Shown one piece after another: positions 44,743 through 57,097 of a DNA stretch of 64,000 bases. A program made the position numbers and the translations under genes. Origin of the DNA: Diplonema japonicum (lineage: Eukaryota > Protista > Euglenozoa: Diplonemea). Positions within the stretch are counted from its first letter, which is position 1; each line of letters starts with the position of its first letter. Below the pieces are notes generated by a model. It was not told the DNA's origin. It did no database searches and saw nothing but the letters and a program-made list of their open reading frames with translations. The stretch spans positions 124,001-188,000 of the forward strand of contig OZ025720.1 of NCBI GenBank assembly GCA_964019335.1. The letters run 5' to 3'.

Positions 44743-45260
44743 ATTGGTCTATCTTTATTTTATTTTTTTCTCTCTCGTTTCTTTTTCTCAAGGGGCCGCA
44801 GCCCCTTTTTGGAGTCTTCCCCTTTGCCCTACACCGCACCACCCTCCCCTCCCACTCCTGTGTAGATTTTTATAGGACAGAAAAAAAAAGGGGGGTATGG
44901 TCACTCCTCTATGGCTGCTGCTAGCATCCCAGCAGCACTGTTCTCGATAAAAAGGCGATGTGAAGCCACTCAATGCCTCACTTAAGCGATTAGGTCAAAG
45001 AACCATACGCGTGTTCAAGATAGTCGTATGATTAATCTGCCGGATGTGTCGCGCTATATAGCCCTATTGTATTGCTATGTGGACAAACAAGTGCTCGTAA
45101 CGTAACAGAGAAACTTGTTTTAAAAAAAAAAAGAGCAGTACGATGACGGGGGGGGAGGGGAGGGAGAAGAAAGAAGGGGGGCGGGCGACGGGGGAGAAGA
45201 AATCCACAATGATGGGGAGATTGTTTCTTTGGCATGGACTCCCCCTAAAAAAAAAGAAAT

Positions 45261-45331
45261 AAATATAATATAAGAGATAAGAGGCCAATGTTGGCGGTGC
45301 CCTGCACAAGCACTGTCTACCTGATTACGGG
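45261..45331. repeat. Dispersed repeat family, copy 4 (left end only)
   Basis: Bridges the left parts of copy 1 (taagagataa..gaggccaat) and copy 2 (ccctgcacaagcac...tgattac). Confidence 0.75.
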
Positions 45332-46410
45332 TTCAAATATAAAGAGCTCACAAGTTACATACTTTCTTTCCTCAAGAACAAGGTTACTTTACGGAAAAGA
45401 GAAAAAAAGGTAGGTGGGTGGGTGGGGGGAGGGGGGGGGTCGTTTACATAATTATCACAACTTTTTAAAGGAAATATTAATACGAGAGTGAGAGAGAGGC
45501 ATTGTGGAAAGATGTACCATTTCCCCCTTCTTTTCTTTCTTTTCTTTCTCCTTTTTTTCTGTTGGCATAACAGGCCCGCGAGAGGAGGGCTTTTTTCTTT
45601 TGGGGGGGGAGGAAGGAACCCTCGTTTTCCCCCTCTCTGGAGAAGAAAATGAAGAAGAAAAAGAATGGGGGAAAAATAGGGTGAGGAGAGGGCTCGGTTC
45701 GGCGCTCACGGAAATAGTGCAAAGTATCCTAAAGAGGAGCTGCCCATTATTTGTACCACAACACCTTTGGTCATGCTTACTAGAAGTGGCCGGCTCGAGC
45801 AAACAACGGTCAGCTCCTCTTTGTTTAGACAAATTAAAAGACTCGTTCTTGCAGAAAAGACTTTCTTTAAACCCCCAGTTTGGGCAGTTTGCATGCAAGA
45901 AAAAAAAAAGTCTTCGTTTTTTGTCTTTACAAAAGGAAAACTTTTTTTTTCTTCCCTCCCATCTATTCTTCTACCGCTATCGTGCGTTTGGTATAATTAA
46001 AAAAGAAAAAAAATAAAAAAAGAAAAAAAAAATAACAACATGTACTACTATTTCTACTTCTTTCTTCCCTCTTTTTTTTCTCTTTTTTTTTCGTTCTGCT
46101 AAGGACCGAGCCATTGGATACCGGTTCTACCGCTACGAAGCGGCCATAGGTCACGGCGCCACGTGCTCTTTTATCTCCCTTTCTTTTTTTTTTCTTCTTT
46201 TTTTTCTTGAATACCGGTTGAACAAAAGACATTTTGAGTCCTTTAAAAAAAAAAATCTTATAATAGATTTCTTTTTTTCTTCCTCATGCACGCACCATTC
46301 ACGCACCAGCACGCATTCACAAACAAAAAAAAAAGAGAGATGATTTGGATTTTCTTTCCTCTCCATTCTTGGGGGGGGGGGGGGTAAATTCTCAACCAAC
46401 AACACCCTCC

Positions 46411-46502
46411 TCACCTATTGCCACAGAGTTCTTACACCTGCAATAAGTATAATTTCCGTGTGAAGATTCTCAGAATGATATGAGGGGTGTGGCAATAGGT
46501 GA
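46411..46502. repeat. 15-bp perfect inverted repeat (tiny MITE or hairpin relic)
   Basis: tcacctattgccaca (46411-46425) / tgtggcaataggtga (46488-46502). Confidence 0.6.
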
Positions 46503-46621
46503 ATTATAGAGGCAAATCCCCCGCAGGTTTTATAGTTAGTGATTATCATATTTTCTGGGGATGGTGGGTACCCTTGATCCCTTTTGCCTCACGGTAGGGG
46601 GGGGGGGGGGGGGGGGGGAGC

Positions 46622-46865
46622 GGCTATGTCGGCAAGAAATGGGGGAAACGTTTCCGTATTTGTTTCCTTATTTGTTTTTTTTTGGGTTTTCTTTTTTTTT
46701 TTTTTTTTTCAGATACTTGAGGAAACGTTGTTCCCTTCTTAAGGAAACGGCTCCAAAAAATAAAAGGAAACGTTTCCGTTCCCGTTTTCCCTATTTTTCA
46801 AAAAAAATAATAAATTAAAAAAAAAAAAAAAAAGCTTGGAAACGCGTTTCCTTGCCAACATAGCC
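46622..46865. mobile_element. MITE, hAT-like
   Basis: TIR ggctatgtcggcaag / cttgccaacatagcc (1 mismatch). The right end continues as ...CCCTG. Interior has reiterated ggaaacg(tttcc) motifs. Confidence 0.65.
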
Positions 46866-47445
46866 CTGGGGTGGGATTTTTCCATCGGCTGTTGCCCCCG
46901 CCAGTCACGAGACCCCAGAGGTATCGCCTATTTCCTGGACCAGTAAAATCCTGTTCCCAAAGAAGAGAGAAAAAAGAGAAGAAGAAAAAAAAAAGGATGG
47001 GGCCTGCTACCCTTCATTCTTCTTTCTCCCCTTTTTCTTACAAAGAGAAGAGAAGAAAAAAAGGGAGGGGGGGTAGCAGGCGCAGGAGTGGTGGTAGGGA
47101 TGGATGTGGCAAAGTAGACAGCAAAACAACAGATATACCCCAACACCGCATGTGGTGAGTCTCACCCAGATGAGAGACTGACGCAAAGGGATGGGTATAC
47201 GACAGAAAATACAGGGGAGAAGGGGAAAGGACGAAGCCGAACCAAAAAAAAGTTCCTTCTTTTTTTTAAAAAAAAAGTTTTTCAGTATAGACAATTAAAT
47301 TGTTATCACAAAAAAAATGAGATATTTGCGAGGTTTAGGCTTTTTTTTTTTTTTTTTTTTTTTTTTGGGATGGGGAAAAGGTAAGAACAATCAAAACATC
47401 AAACAGGTATCATTCGACATGAGCGACCTATTACAAAAGGCACAC

Positions 47446-47479
<34 letters not shown>

Positions 47480-48027
47480 CCCCTTTGATGGTTTGTTTCC
47501 TTTTTACTCCCCTCTTCCCGTCCTATTTTTGCAAGAAGAAAATAAAAATAGAAAAAAAATAAAAATAAAGAGTCGGTTTTTGATTGTTTTTTTTTTTTTT
47601 TTTTTTTTTTTTTGCAACGGCCCAGGGATTAACCCCATGTAGAAGGATAAGTCCCCAAATGTCCATCTTTTTTTTACTGTTAACCACTAAACCCAAGATG
47701 CCCGTTTTCGGCATTATTTTAAGGCATAATCTTAATTATTTCCAGAGGTCACTTCGCCATAAAAGAACACTTTGAATGGTCAAATGCTGCCATTTTCTTT
47801 TGAATTCTTTATAGAGAATTGACTTTTCCCGTTATTAGCCTGTGGGCTAAGCGGTTTAAAAAAAAAAAAAATCCAACTCAAAGGAAAGAAGCCCTTTTGG
47901 TGAGTTTTCCTTCTTTTCTTCCTTTCTTACCCTCTAAAAATTTCAACAGAACGCAACGCAGGTGGCTTTTCTTTTCTTTTTTTTTTCCACATTTTTTCCC
48001 CCACGACAGTTGGTCAAAGTGAGAAGA

Positions 48028-48602
48028 AATAACTATTTATTGCCAACAAATAATGAGTCATTATTTAACTCGAGTTCCCGAATTTTTTGCACGAGGGCCC
48101 GCAGGGCCCGAGTGCAAAAAAACGGGTAACGAGTGTTAAATAATGGCTCATTTGGCGGCAAGTAAGTCGTTTTATTTCACTCTTCGTCATTTGAGTCACT
48201 CACTCTTCACTGCTTTCACTGCTGTTTTTTTTCACGCAGGTCAGCTTTTTGGGGATTTTCCTAAGGTAATACAGGGTAGCTATTTCGCCGTGGCATTTAA
48301 AGGGGAAGTAAGGCACTTATTCCCACTTTTAAGGGCTGGAATGGCCTCAGATGGCCAAAAATAGTCAAAATACCCCCACCCCAAAAAAATTTTTCAAGGG
48401 GTTGGGTGCATTTTTTTCCACGACAAGACCCATTTTTTCACTCTGAAGGGCCATTATTTAACTGCAAAATCTCATTATTTAACTAGTTAAATAATGGCGA
48501 TTTCGCGTTAAATAATGGCCGTTTCGCGTTAAATAATGGCCATTTCGCGTTAAATAATGAGGCCCCTAGTGAGTGAAGAAAATGACGAAGAGTGAAATAA
48601 AA
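48028..48602. mobile_element. Non-autonomous Crypton-like element with terminal palindrome and asymmetric sub-TIR
   Basis: Palindrome 48052-48152 centred on cgagggcccgcagggcccgag. Perfect 23-bp IR ttttatttcactcttcgtcattt (48170-48192 / 48580-48602). Tandem ~21-bp gttaaataatggc..tttcgc units at 48486-48559. Confidence 0.7.
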
Positions 48603-49596
48603 AAAAAAAAAAAAACGGTGGTACCCTCAGGGTTGGGACGTATCTGACTACCGTTGTACCAGGGGTCGCGTTCAAGTCACCCCTGCCAATTAAAAAAAAA
48701 TGAAATAAAAAAATGCATGGAGAATATGCACACCGCACTGAGCTGTGGATTTCGGACTTTCTTGTACCTTTTAGTAGTACCGGGCTTTTCTTTGATAGGT
48801 TGGAAAAAAAAAAAAGAAAAAAAATACCCCACCTTTTCCCCCCCCAAAAAAAAAATAATGCTTAAATTTCCTTTGTTGTTGATGGGAGAAAGAAATGGCG
48901 AGCACCCAGAATACGTGTAGGGTGTCATCCCCCCAATTTAAAAAAAAAAGTCGGTGGTAAATACCCCACTTTTTTTCTTCTTTTTTTCTTTGTGTGCTAA
49001 GAACTAACTACAATTAAGATTGAGGTAAACACTTCAAAAAAAGGGGGGGGAGAGGGGGGGGGGGGGGACACATAACTGGCCAAGCTAAACCATTCACGAC
49101 ATAAACAGGTTCCGGTCCTTTTCTTCTTTTTTTGTTTTCTATAATTCTTTTTTTTTTTTTTTTTCCCTGGGTGCTTCTTTCTAACAACTGGTTTTAAGCA
49201 GGCCGGTGCCAGAAAAGAAAAAAAAAAAGAAGTGCAAGAGGCTACGCCCAGTATTATTACTTACAGTTTTTCTTTTCTTTTTTTCTTTTTAAACAATTAG
49301 GTTCGAGACTAAAAACTAATTGAAAGTGCAAATGAGTAATTTCATTAGGGGTACTATGTACATTAATGTTCGTGTGCAGTGCCAAACTAGATTTTTTTTT
49401 TTCTCTCTCTCTTCTCTTTTTTTTTCTTCTTTTTTCTTCTTTTTTTCTGCATCAAAAAAAAGGGGGGGGGTGGAACTGAACACCACCTCCCCCTCCTTTT
49501 ACATGACATGACAAAATCACTTTGGGATTCTTTTTAATTTCCTCCCTCGCTTTTCCTCCCCCCATTTTTTTCTCGTTTTTTTTTTTTTTGCTTTCT

Positions 49597-49629
<33 letters not shown>

Positions 49630-49974
49630 CCCTCCAAGGGCACAGTTAAGATACCCCAGTTTTTTTTTTTTTTTTCGTTTTTGTTTGGGTTCACTTTTTT
49701 TTTTATTATTATTATTTTATTAATTCTTTTTTTTTTTTATTATTAATTTTGTTGTTTTACCTTTTTTTTCTTTTTTTTTTTTTTTTCTTTCTTTTCTCAG
49801 AAAAAAAAAAAAAAAAAAAATCAACGCCCAAGTTTACCACAAGGCAACTGCGTTCCATACCCCTCCCCACCTCCCGTATTGAAATGACGACACACAGCTC
49901 AAAATAGCTGAAAAGGGTCGATCGCCGGGAGCAATGAGATCTTTTTTTTTTTTTTTTCCCTCCCCCATTCCATT

Positions 49975-50901
49975 CTAACTATGTTGAAAAGCGGACTTAG
50001 GTGTATCCATCATATTGTAATGAGATGACTCCCCATCAGGGCTGATCGACATAGTGTATACAGAGTCTTCAACACGAATGTCAAGCTCGGCAACCAACGC
50101 ATCTTCAAACCAATTAGCACCCGACGAAAAAGGGCAGTGACAGCCCGCCACAGGGGTATGCTCCGAAAGCGGGCTAATGAGTTTTTCCTGTGGGGGATGA
50201 ACCTCTATGAGCGGTGAGGAAAGCTGGAACACCTCTGCACAGCTCACCCACGACGGCTGCTTCTCAGACCGCAGTTTTTTGAGTTCGGAAAAGATAGGTG
50301 GATCGTCCAAACCTTGCGAGGACACAGAAGAAGTAAATGTGACAGATTCACATACTTCAGCTATCCGGTCTTCCATCCAGGAAAGCAAATGTAAAGCATT
50401 GAAAGTCTTCTTGTGGGTCTCAGCAAATGAGACATACCACCTTACCCAGCTTGCCTCGTCGGAATTTGAACCAAGTTTAATACTCACATCAGCGTCTATA
50501 TGCCGTGGTACGTTTTTTCTCCGTATTATTCTGATCAATTCCTCTTTCAAAGGTAGGTGTTCCCTTCTGAACCCGTTGTACACGTTGATCAATCTTATAT
50601 GTACAGTGCTGGACAGAACAGTGGGGACTCTTTTTGGTGTTGAAGGGGAATGAGCCTGCAATGCTTTGGCCCTTGCGGGTTTATCTTCTTCTACTGTGCC
50701 TGCTGGCATGTCTTCTACCGGGCGGTTTTTCCAGTCGCCTCCGACCCCTATGCCGACCATTTGTCCTGTTCCATCGTTGGATTCTAGGTCTCTTCGCGAC
50801 CCACTTCTAGCCCACAACGGTACCCCCCAAGGGCTCATCCCCGGTGCCCTCACCGGCAATCTCCGGGGGTTTTTTCTAAACATACCATCTTGAAGCAGCA
50901 T
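49975..50901 (-). CDS. Hypothetical protein
   Basis: 308-aa ORF with coding-like composition, co-oriented with the cluster. No recognisable family. Confidence 0.7.
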   Translation of the reverse strand: MLLQDGMFRKNPRRLPVRAPGMSPWGVPLWARSGSRRDLESNDGTGQMVGIGVGGDWKNRPVEDMPAGTVEEDKPARAKALQAHSPSTPKRVPTVLSSTVHIRLINVYNGFRREHLPLKEELIRIIRRKNVPRHIDADVSIKLGSNSDEASWVRWYVSFAETHKKTFNALHLLSWMEDRIAEVCESVTFTSSVSSQGLDDPPIFSELKKLRSEKQPSWVSCAEVFQLSSPLIEVHPPQEKLISPLSEHTPVAGCHCPFSSGANWFEDALVAELDIRVEDSVYTMSISPDGESSHYNMMDTPKSAFQHS

Positions 50902-51339
50902 TCTATGGGGTTGGTTGTACGGATTTTTTTTTTTTTTTTTGTTGGAGGGGGAAAAAAAAAAAAAAAAAAAAAAAAAAACGGGAGGGGAACGGTGGGGTTA
51001 TGAAGAAAAATGGGGGGGAAAATACTTTACAATGAAAAAAAGGGGGGGGGGTGAAGAGGAGAATATTGTGGTATTGCTTCTTTTTTTTTTTCTTTTTTGA
51101 GGGAAAGAGGGAAAAAAAAAAAAAAAGGAAATAAAAAGAGACTATTGGAAATCTTTTTTGTAAAAGATTAAAAAAGAGGGCGAAGAAAAAAAAAAAGAAG
51201 AAAAAAATAAGAACAGGTACACACAAGTCCCTCCCCCCTCCCCCCCTCCAACCCCAATAGGTATTATCGAAAAGGAAAAGGAAAAAAAGAAAAAGTGAAG
51301 AAACCCTGCAACGGCCACATTTTCAAGAATGTGTGAAGC

Positions 51340-51374
<35 letters not shown>

Positions 51375-51659
51375 GTTTTTATTTTAAAAAAGAAAAAAAG
51401 AAATGACTTGGTATTGGCAAAAAAAAAAAAAAAAAAATGAAAAGGTAGAATTCGTCTTTTATTCCCACGAGAGAAAGCAAGGAAGTTCGAGCACAAAAAA
51501 AACTCATGTCAAAAGGGGGGGGAGGTGGGATTATGCAGGCTGTGACTCAAGGTTGAGCATAGTAAGCAAAACCCCCTACCTACACGATCACTGTACTCTC
51601 CCCCCACCTATCTATGCCTCGCGAAGAAAGAAAAAACCATATTGGGCCCCCTGGCCACT

Positions 51660-51693
<34 letters not shown>

Positions 51694-51928
51694 TCAGGGA
51701 AAGGAAAGAAAACAAGAAAAATAAGAGCAAATTCTTTTTTTTTTTTTTTTTTTTCACCCGGAGCAGGAGCGGGGGAAAAAAAAAAACCCCCCTCCCCACC
51801 AAAATAAAAGAAATCAAAAAGAACAAATTGTCGCTGTTCTTCCCCCTCCCCACACCCCACCTTTCTTTATATTATTTCCTCCCCTCCATTTTTTTTTTTT
51901 TTTTTTTTTTCTCACTCTCCCAAACAAT

Positions 51929-52766
51929 TTACTTCTTTGCTGCGGTTTTCACGCTGGAGCTGGGCTTTCTTTTAAGCAAGGTTTTCTTTCCACCCGCTTT
52001 CTGCAAATTTCTTTTTTCTTTCTTCCCCCACCCTCCTTCATACCAATGCTGTTTTCGAGGGCTTCCTCAACGTGGGTTTAGATTCATCATGCTCCGGTTC
52101 GGTAGAAGGCTCGGGTGTTGCGGGAACAGGGCTAGGCTCCACAGAGGTCTCCACCTCACTGACAGGCTTTTCGGGCACTGGGAGAGAAGGGGCTTCAGCA
52201 ACGGGAACGGGTTCCGGAGAGGCCTCCTTTATTTCTTCTTTTGGTTCGGGCAGAGGAGGGAGAATTTCTTTTTCCATTTCTTTTGCTTCGACAACCGGCT
52301 TCGCAACTGGTTTTAACTGCACCTCAACTTCACCTAAGGTCAGCTGGGTCCCTTCAGTTGGAGGCCTTATCTGAAGGGCTTCCCGGACCTCTGCCACTGT
52401 AGTGACCCGCCTTCCATTCACTGCATCAACCTTGAGACCCTTCGGGGCGCTAGGATGATCGGAGTCAACTACCAATCTTCTACCTTTACCGTCTACCTTT
52501 TCCAGCAGTTTTACACTATCTTCCTCACCCACTGTGATAGCTTCCATGACTGATTCCACCTCTGCCTTTATATTGTTACCTTTGCTGAAGCAGCTTCTGG
52601 GGTGCGAAAAAAAAATCTTTTTTAAAAATATTTTTTCATACTTCAATGCCAAGCCACCCAACAGCAAGCTCACGGATGCCACTCCTGCCGCGATTTCCTT
52701 GTTGTCCTTTGCTAGCTTCACTACCTTCTCCATCGCCTGTTCAAGGGCTTGCTGTTGATTTGTCAT
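51929..52766 (-). CDS. Single-TM protein with PDZ-like fragment and P/E-rich tail; introns 52641-52597 and 52043-52001
   Basis: TM segment IAAGVASVSLLLGGLAL; GLKVDAVNGRRVTTVAEV. Two GTATGA...CAG introns; the second restores the tail KAGGKKTLLKRKPSSSVKTAAKK*. Confidence 0.8.
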
Positions 52767-53547
52767 GTTTCGTTCTCTGAGGAGCTGGGTTTTGGGAGGA
52801 TATAGAAGTTTTTTATCTTACTAAGTAAAAAAAAAAAAATGGGTATATTGTTGAGGAGGTGGATCGACACTGGTTTTACTATCATTCTGATGGTAAAGAG
52901 GGGGGGGGGGGGGGGGGGATAAAGGAAACAGTAAAAAAGAATAAAAAGAAACTTTTTTTTTTTTGGATAGGTGAGTACTAGGTGGAGAAGAATGGGAAGA
53001 AAAAAGAGAAGAAAAAAAATGAGAACGAAAAATGAAACGAAGAGGAAAAGAGAGAAGAAAAAAAAAAACAAAAAGAAAAATGCTTAAACAGGTTTTCTTT
53101 TTTTTTTTCGAACACCAACACCAAAAAGAGAGAAAGAAGAGAAGAACAAAAAAAAAAGCACTTTATTTCCTTTCTTTCTTTCTTTTCGTTCTCTCTTTGT
53201 TAGGGGGAGAAAAAAAAGGGCAAACTCTAAGGACAGGAACAATATGGGTATGGGGCGCTGGGCAATAGTTTTCTTCCCCCCCCCCCCATTTTTGCATTAC
53301 CTTCGTCACTGTCGGCTAGTAGCCAACGTCAAAAAAAAAATCTTTCGCTAATGCTAATTGACAATTTACAGTCATAGTCATATAAGCCTGCCACCCCCCC
53401 TCCCCCCATTGAAAAAAGCAGCCTTGAGGTAAGTAGCTTTCTTTTTTTCAGTTTTTTTTTTTTTTTTTTTTTTTTCCTAAGGGATACAAAAAAAAAAAAA
53501 AAAAAAAAAAAAAAAACAACAGAAAATAAATAAATAAACTCGATTTA

Positions 53548-53611
53548 TTTTTTGCGGTGCGCTGTTCGGGGCCCACCTTGGACTGGGTATCTTACACGTG
53601 CCTGTCACCAT
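53548..53611. repeat. Repeat segment homologous (inverted) to 38876-38945
   Basis: Shared ttttgcggt...gcccacc.tggac.ggg.atc.tacacgtgcctgtcaccat. Confidence 0.7.
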
Positions 53612-53946
53612 CCTTGTGCCGGCCGTCGCATCTACGCTAACAGCACCGGTCTCTCCAAATAAGGAGCGTAATAAGTGTAAGAAAGTACTTTGTCCTCTGT
53701 AGCCGTACCGCTGAACCTCCCAGTCTCATAACCGAGAATAAAAAAAAAAGGAAGAAGAAAAAACTTACTGAAAATTTTCATCGTGGGAGGAAGGAGAAAA
53801 AATAGACTCTCTCAATAACCTCCCCACGCACGAAACACCGAAAACCTCAAAGTTGCATCGGTGGGAGGGGGGAGATATTTTTTGGGGTATTTTTTCTGTC
53901 GGGCAGCATCAAATAGCTAAGACAGAAATCAGTTCTATTCAAAAGG

Positions 53947-53982
<36 letters not shown>

Positions 53983-54209
53983 CTCCTCAATGGAGGGGAA
54001 CCTGAAAAAGTTCTTTTTTTCCCCTCTTTGGTTTTCTTTTTTCTTTTCTTTTTTTTTTTAAAAACCCAAATCAGTGGATTATTACTATTTCTTTTTTTTT
54101 TCTCTGGGCGGAAACATTTCCCCCCCCCCCCCCCCCCCTTCTTCACATTAATGAATACTGTAGTGAAGAAGAAGAAAAAGAAGAAGAAAATCAACGTTTA
54201 TTTTTTTTT

Positions 54210-54528
54210 GCGCTCCTTATCTCTAAAACCCGTTTTTTTTGACCCTCCCCCCCTTCCGTCTGGAGCAAGAGCTGAGAAAATTATTTCTTTTTCCAAAACA
54301 ATGGTGGGGATAAACTCAGATCGGAAAAGTCTTTTTAATGGGTGAAAAATTTTGACGAGGTCACCCAGAGCGACCAAACAAGCCTTCGGGTTTTGAAAAA
54401 ATTCCCCGTCGGATCGCCAATCAATTCTTCCCCCCCCCCCAAAAAAAAAAAGATTCTCAACCAACCTTTGCAACATTTCTCGAAAATCTTTCAATCTTAG
54501 ATCCACGTAGGTTTTGGAGACATGGAGC

Positions 54529-54530
<2 letters not shown>
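54210..54530. mobile_element. MITE-like element
   Basis: IR gcgctccttatctctaaaacc (54210-54230) / ggttttggagacatggagcgc (54510-54530), 3 mismatches. Confidence 0.65.
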
Positions 54531-54565
<35 letters not shown>

Positions 54566-54610
54566 CTTTGTAGCGGCAGCAGCAGCTGGTATTTTTTTTT
54601 TTCTTTCTCC

Positions 54611-55399
54611 TTACGTTGTCTTCTCCCGCCCCTCATAAAACAAAGAAGAGATGATGCTCAACAGTGTTGGTTTTTCCTTTCCGTTCCTTTGCTTTCCCTG
54701 CAAAGGCGGCCCCAACAAGCTCTCCTCAAGCAAACTCTCCACAGGCTTAAGAGGAATGGTGCTGAAAGATGTAGCAGTTGCACCATCACAGTCAGGATAC
54801 CGCAGCCAGAGGTCAGGGTTTGGTATCAACCGGTGAGCAGTCATGGAGGGGAACCAAGTATGGATGAAGTACTGAGCGGAAGGCGGCACAGCATCAACGA
54901 ACGATGTGGAAGCTGATTTCTGTGGCTCAAGATCCGCAGGCAAAGCTTTGCGGTAACAACCGTCCAGACACGCTATGTGATAAACATGGCTGAAGGCATA
55001 GACAACTCCTAAAACATCGAGTTTATTGTGGTAAACTATGGTACCAATGTTCAAATCGAGGTGCTGTGGTCTGGGGACCTCAGTTTTGCACTTTTCGATG
55101 AGCTTTGTCAGGTCTTTGCCCAGCCTCAGGGCTTCGAACGCCTTCATCTCGTCGTTCTCTTCGCTGCGGAACGATTTTTTTACGTAGCCTACGAGACCGC
55201 CTTCCGTTTGTAAAGCGTTTTTCAGGTCGCTGAGCACCTCTCGCTTGGTGTCGACCTTCTGCTCCTTTCGCAACGCCGCCCTCACCACCAACCGATCCAA
55301 CTCCCGCATATCCCGGGACCCCCCCAGACTCTCAAAATCACTTTGCAACCCTTGACAGCTCCGTAGCAACCTGGCGTATAACCGCAGTTGAACTGACAT
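54611..55399 (-). CDS. Hypothetical protein with LYR-like N-terminus and YccV/HspQ-like domain
   Basis: LRLYARLLRSC; IGTIVYHNKLDVLGVV...YHI...LIPNPDLWLRYPD. Confidence 0.7.
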   Translation of the reverse strand: MSVQLRLYARLLRSCQGLQSDFESLGGSRDMRELDRLVVRAALRKEQKVDTKREVLSDLKNALQTEGGLVGYVKKSFRSEENDEMKAFEALRLGKDLTKLIEKCKTEVPRPQHLDLNIGTIVYHNKLDVLGVVYAFSHVYHIACLDGCYRKALPADLEPQKSASTSFVDAVPPSAQYFIHTWFPSMTAHRLIPNPDLWLRYPDCDGATATSFSTIPLKPVESLLEESLLGPPLQGKQRNGKEKPTLLSIISSLFYEGREKTT

Positions 55400-55587
55400 T
55401 TTTTTTTTTTTTTTTTTCTTTCTTCCCCCTCCCGCTCACCCCGCCTTTATATTGATGGGAATAAAAAAAAAATTTTTTTTTTAGGGGTTCGAAAAAAAAA
55501 AAAATTCTTTTTTTTCTTGATTTTTTTTTTTTTTTTTTGATGAAAACTTTACCCCGGTTTTTTTTTTTTTTTTTTTTTCCCTCCCAT

Positions 55588-56569
55588 TCACCTTTTTTTA
55601 TAAACACAGGGTGACAGGTAGCTTGATGCGTCCCTCGGCACCCTGTCTCTGGTGTCGTCCTCGACCGACCATTCCTTTGTCGCGTCAATGAGGATGAAAT
55701 GTGTGTTTGAAGAATTCGGCTTTCCGGCTTTGAAGCCCAACGCAGACAGCAGGTGAAGAAATCGATGGACGTCGCTTTGAAAGCGAGATGTCACCTCGGC
55801 AATCTTGAGCGAGCCGCCTGGGACGAGCACACGGTTGGCTTCCTTTAGAATCTCGATCCAGTTGGTCCCCATCAACGCGAGCGAAATCACAACAAAATCG
55901 ACAGAACAGGAGGGAAGGGGCACCTTTTTGGTTATATCACATGAAACGATGTGGGATGCCTTTGACACAAGGTCGAAGGAGTGAACCTCAATGTTAGAAT
56001 TGCGTAGATTGTAGGCGAGCAGGCCATCCCCGCACCCAAGGTCAGCACAGACTACTCGTTTCGACTTGCTTCCCTTTGCTTTCAGCCAATTTGTAATCAC
56101 TGTTAAAGGGTTTGCCGGCCATTTCTCAACTTGTTCCCTGTACCCCTCGTGGTAAGCCTCGAACAGACCCGGGTCATCGTTAAACATCCCGCTGCTGTCC
56201 TCCGACGTGCCAGTGTACATTTTTTCATTGAGCCATCTGAATTTTCCGGATTTAAGCTGTGCCTCTAGTTTTCCTAGTGTCGATGACGCCACTTTATGCG
56301 GTTTTGCCTTCACAGTGTTCTCTGGCTTGGTAGGTGCGTCCGGGTACACGCGGGTCAAACTCTTCTGTTTCTTGGCCTGGGGTTCCCTTTCCTCTCGTTT
56401 TTGCGTTGTGGGGGTCTCCTTGGGGGTGTCCTCTTTAGGGGACGTCTCGTTTTTCTGTTCTTCTGTCGCCGGGCCCTCCACCAGCACCGCCAACGCTCGT
56501 TTCGGCTTCTTCTTTCTATTCCTCGGGTCGGGGCATAAGACTATGGTTTCCCTCACTATTTTGTTCTCC

Positions 56570-56571
<2 letters not shown>
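55588..56571 (-). CDS. RRP8: Ribosomal RNA-processing protein 8 (25S rRNA m1A methyltransferase)
   Basis: GKFRWLNEKMYT, YHEGYREQVEKWPANP, ADLGCGDG, HSFDL, LALMGTN, EANRVL, IAEVTSRF and terminal PCVYKKR. Confidence 0.96.
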
Positions 56572-56601
<30 letters not shown>

Positions 56602-56685
56602 AAAGTGTTTCTTCTTCCCCCCGCCCCCTTTTCCTTTTATCTCTTTCCCCCCCTTTTTTTTCTTTTGTCCATTATATTATCGGGG

Positions 56686-57097
56686 TGGCCCTGGTGAAAG
56701 TACTACAGCGACCGCACGGAACCTGGGACTACAACATTATTCTTCTTTTTTTTTCTTTTTTGCGTGGACCTGACACCGACGCGGGGAAAGAAATATGCTG
56801 TACGAACAACGTATTCGGCAAGGCGGTGGGCAAGGCGGAGAGAATACAACAAATCCGCCCTCACCACTACTCTATCCTGCCACCCCAAAATATTATTCCA
56901 CTCCTCCCTTGACCCCGATCGAGTGATTGCGAGATCCCAGCAAGGAACGTGCCCAGACTACCAGAAAGACGCGAGGAACCACAGCCACGACAGGACGGCA
57001 CTGAGGACCAGAACCACCACCTCGACGCGATGAACCCTCCAAGAGGGCCCGGGCATGTCGGGTGAGTCACGACACCCCCCGGTAACACAGTGAAGCT
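56686..57097 (+). other. GC-rich antisense island, possible retroposon relic
   Basis: Complex sequence starting (gg)ccctgg, with short broken plus-strand frames. No diagnostic motif. Confidence 0.25.

Noticed and set aside
47680-47858. TTAA-flanked piggyBac-like MITE
   Set aside because: The TIR match is too degenerate to support a call.
48486-48559. 21-bp tandem repeats, and repeats at 16506-16690, as a CRISPR array
   Set aside because: No unique spacers and no cas genes; eukaryotic context; they lie within transposon ends.
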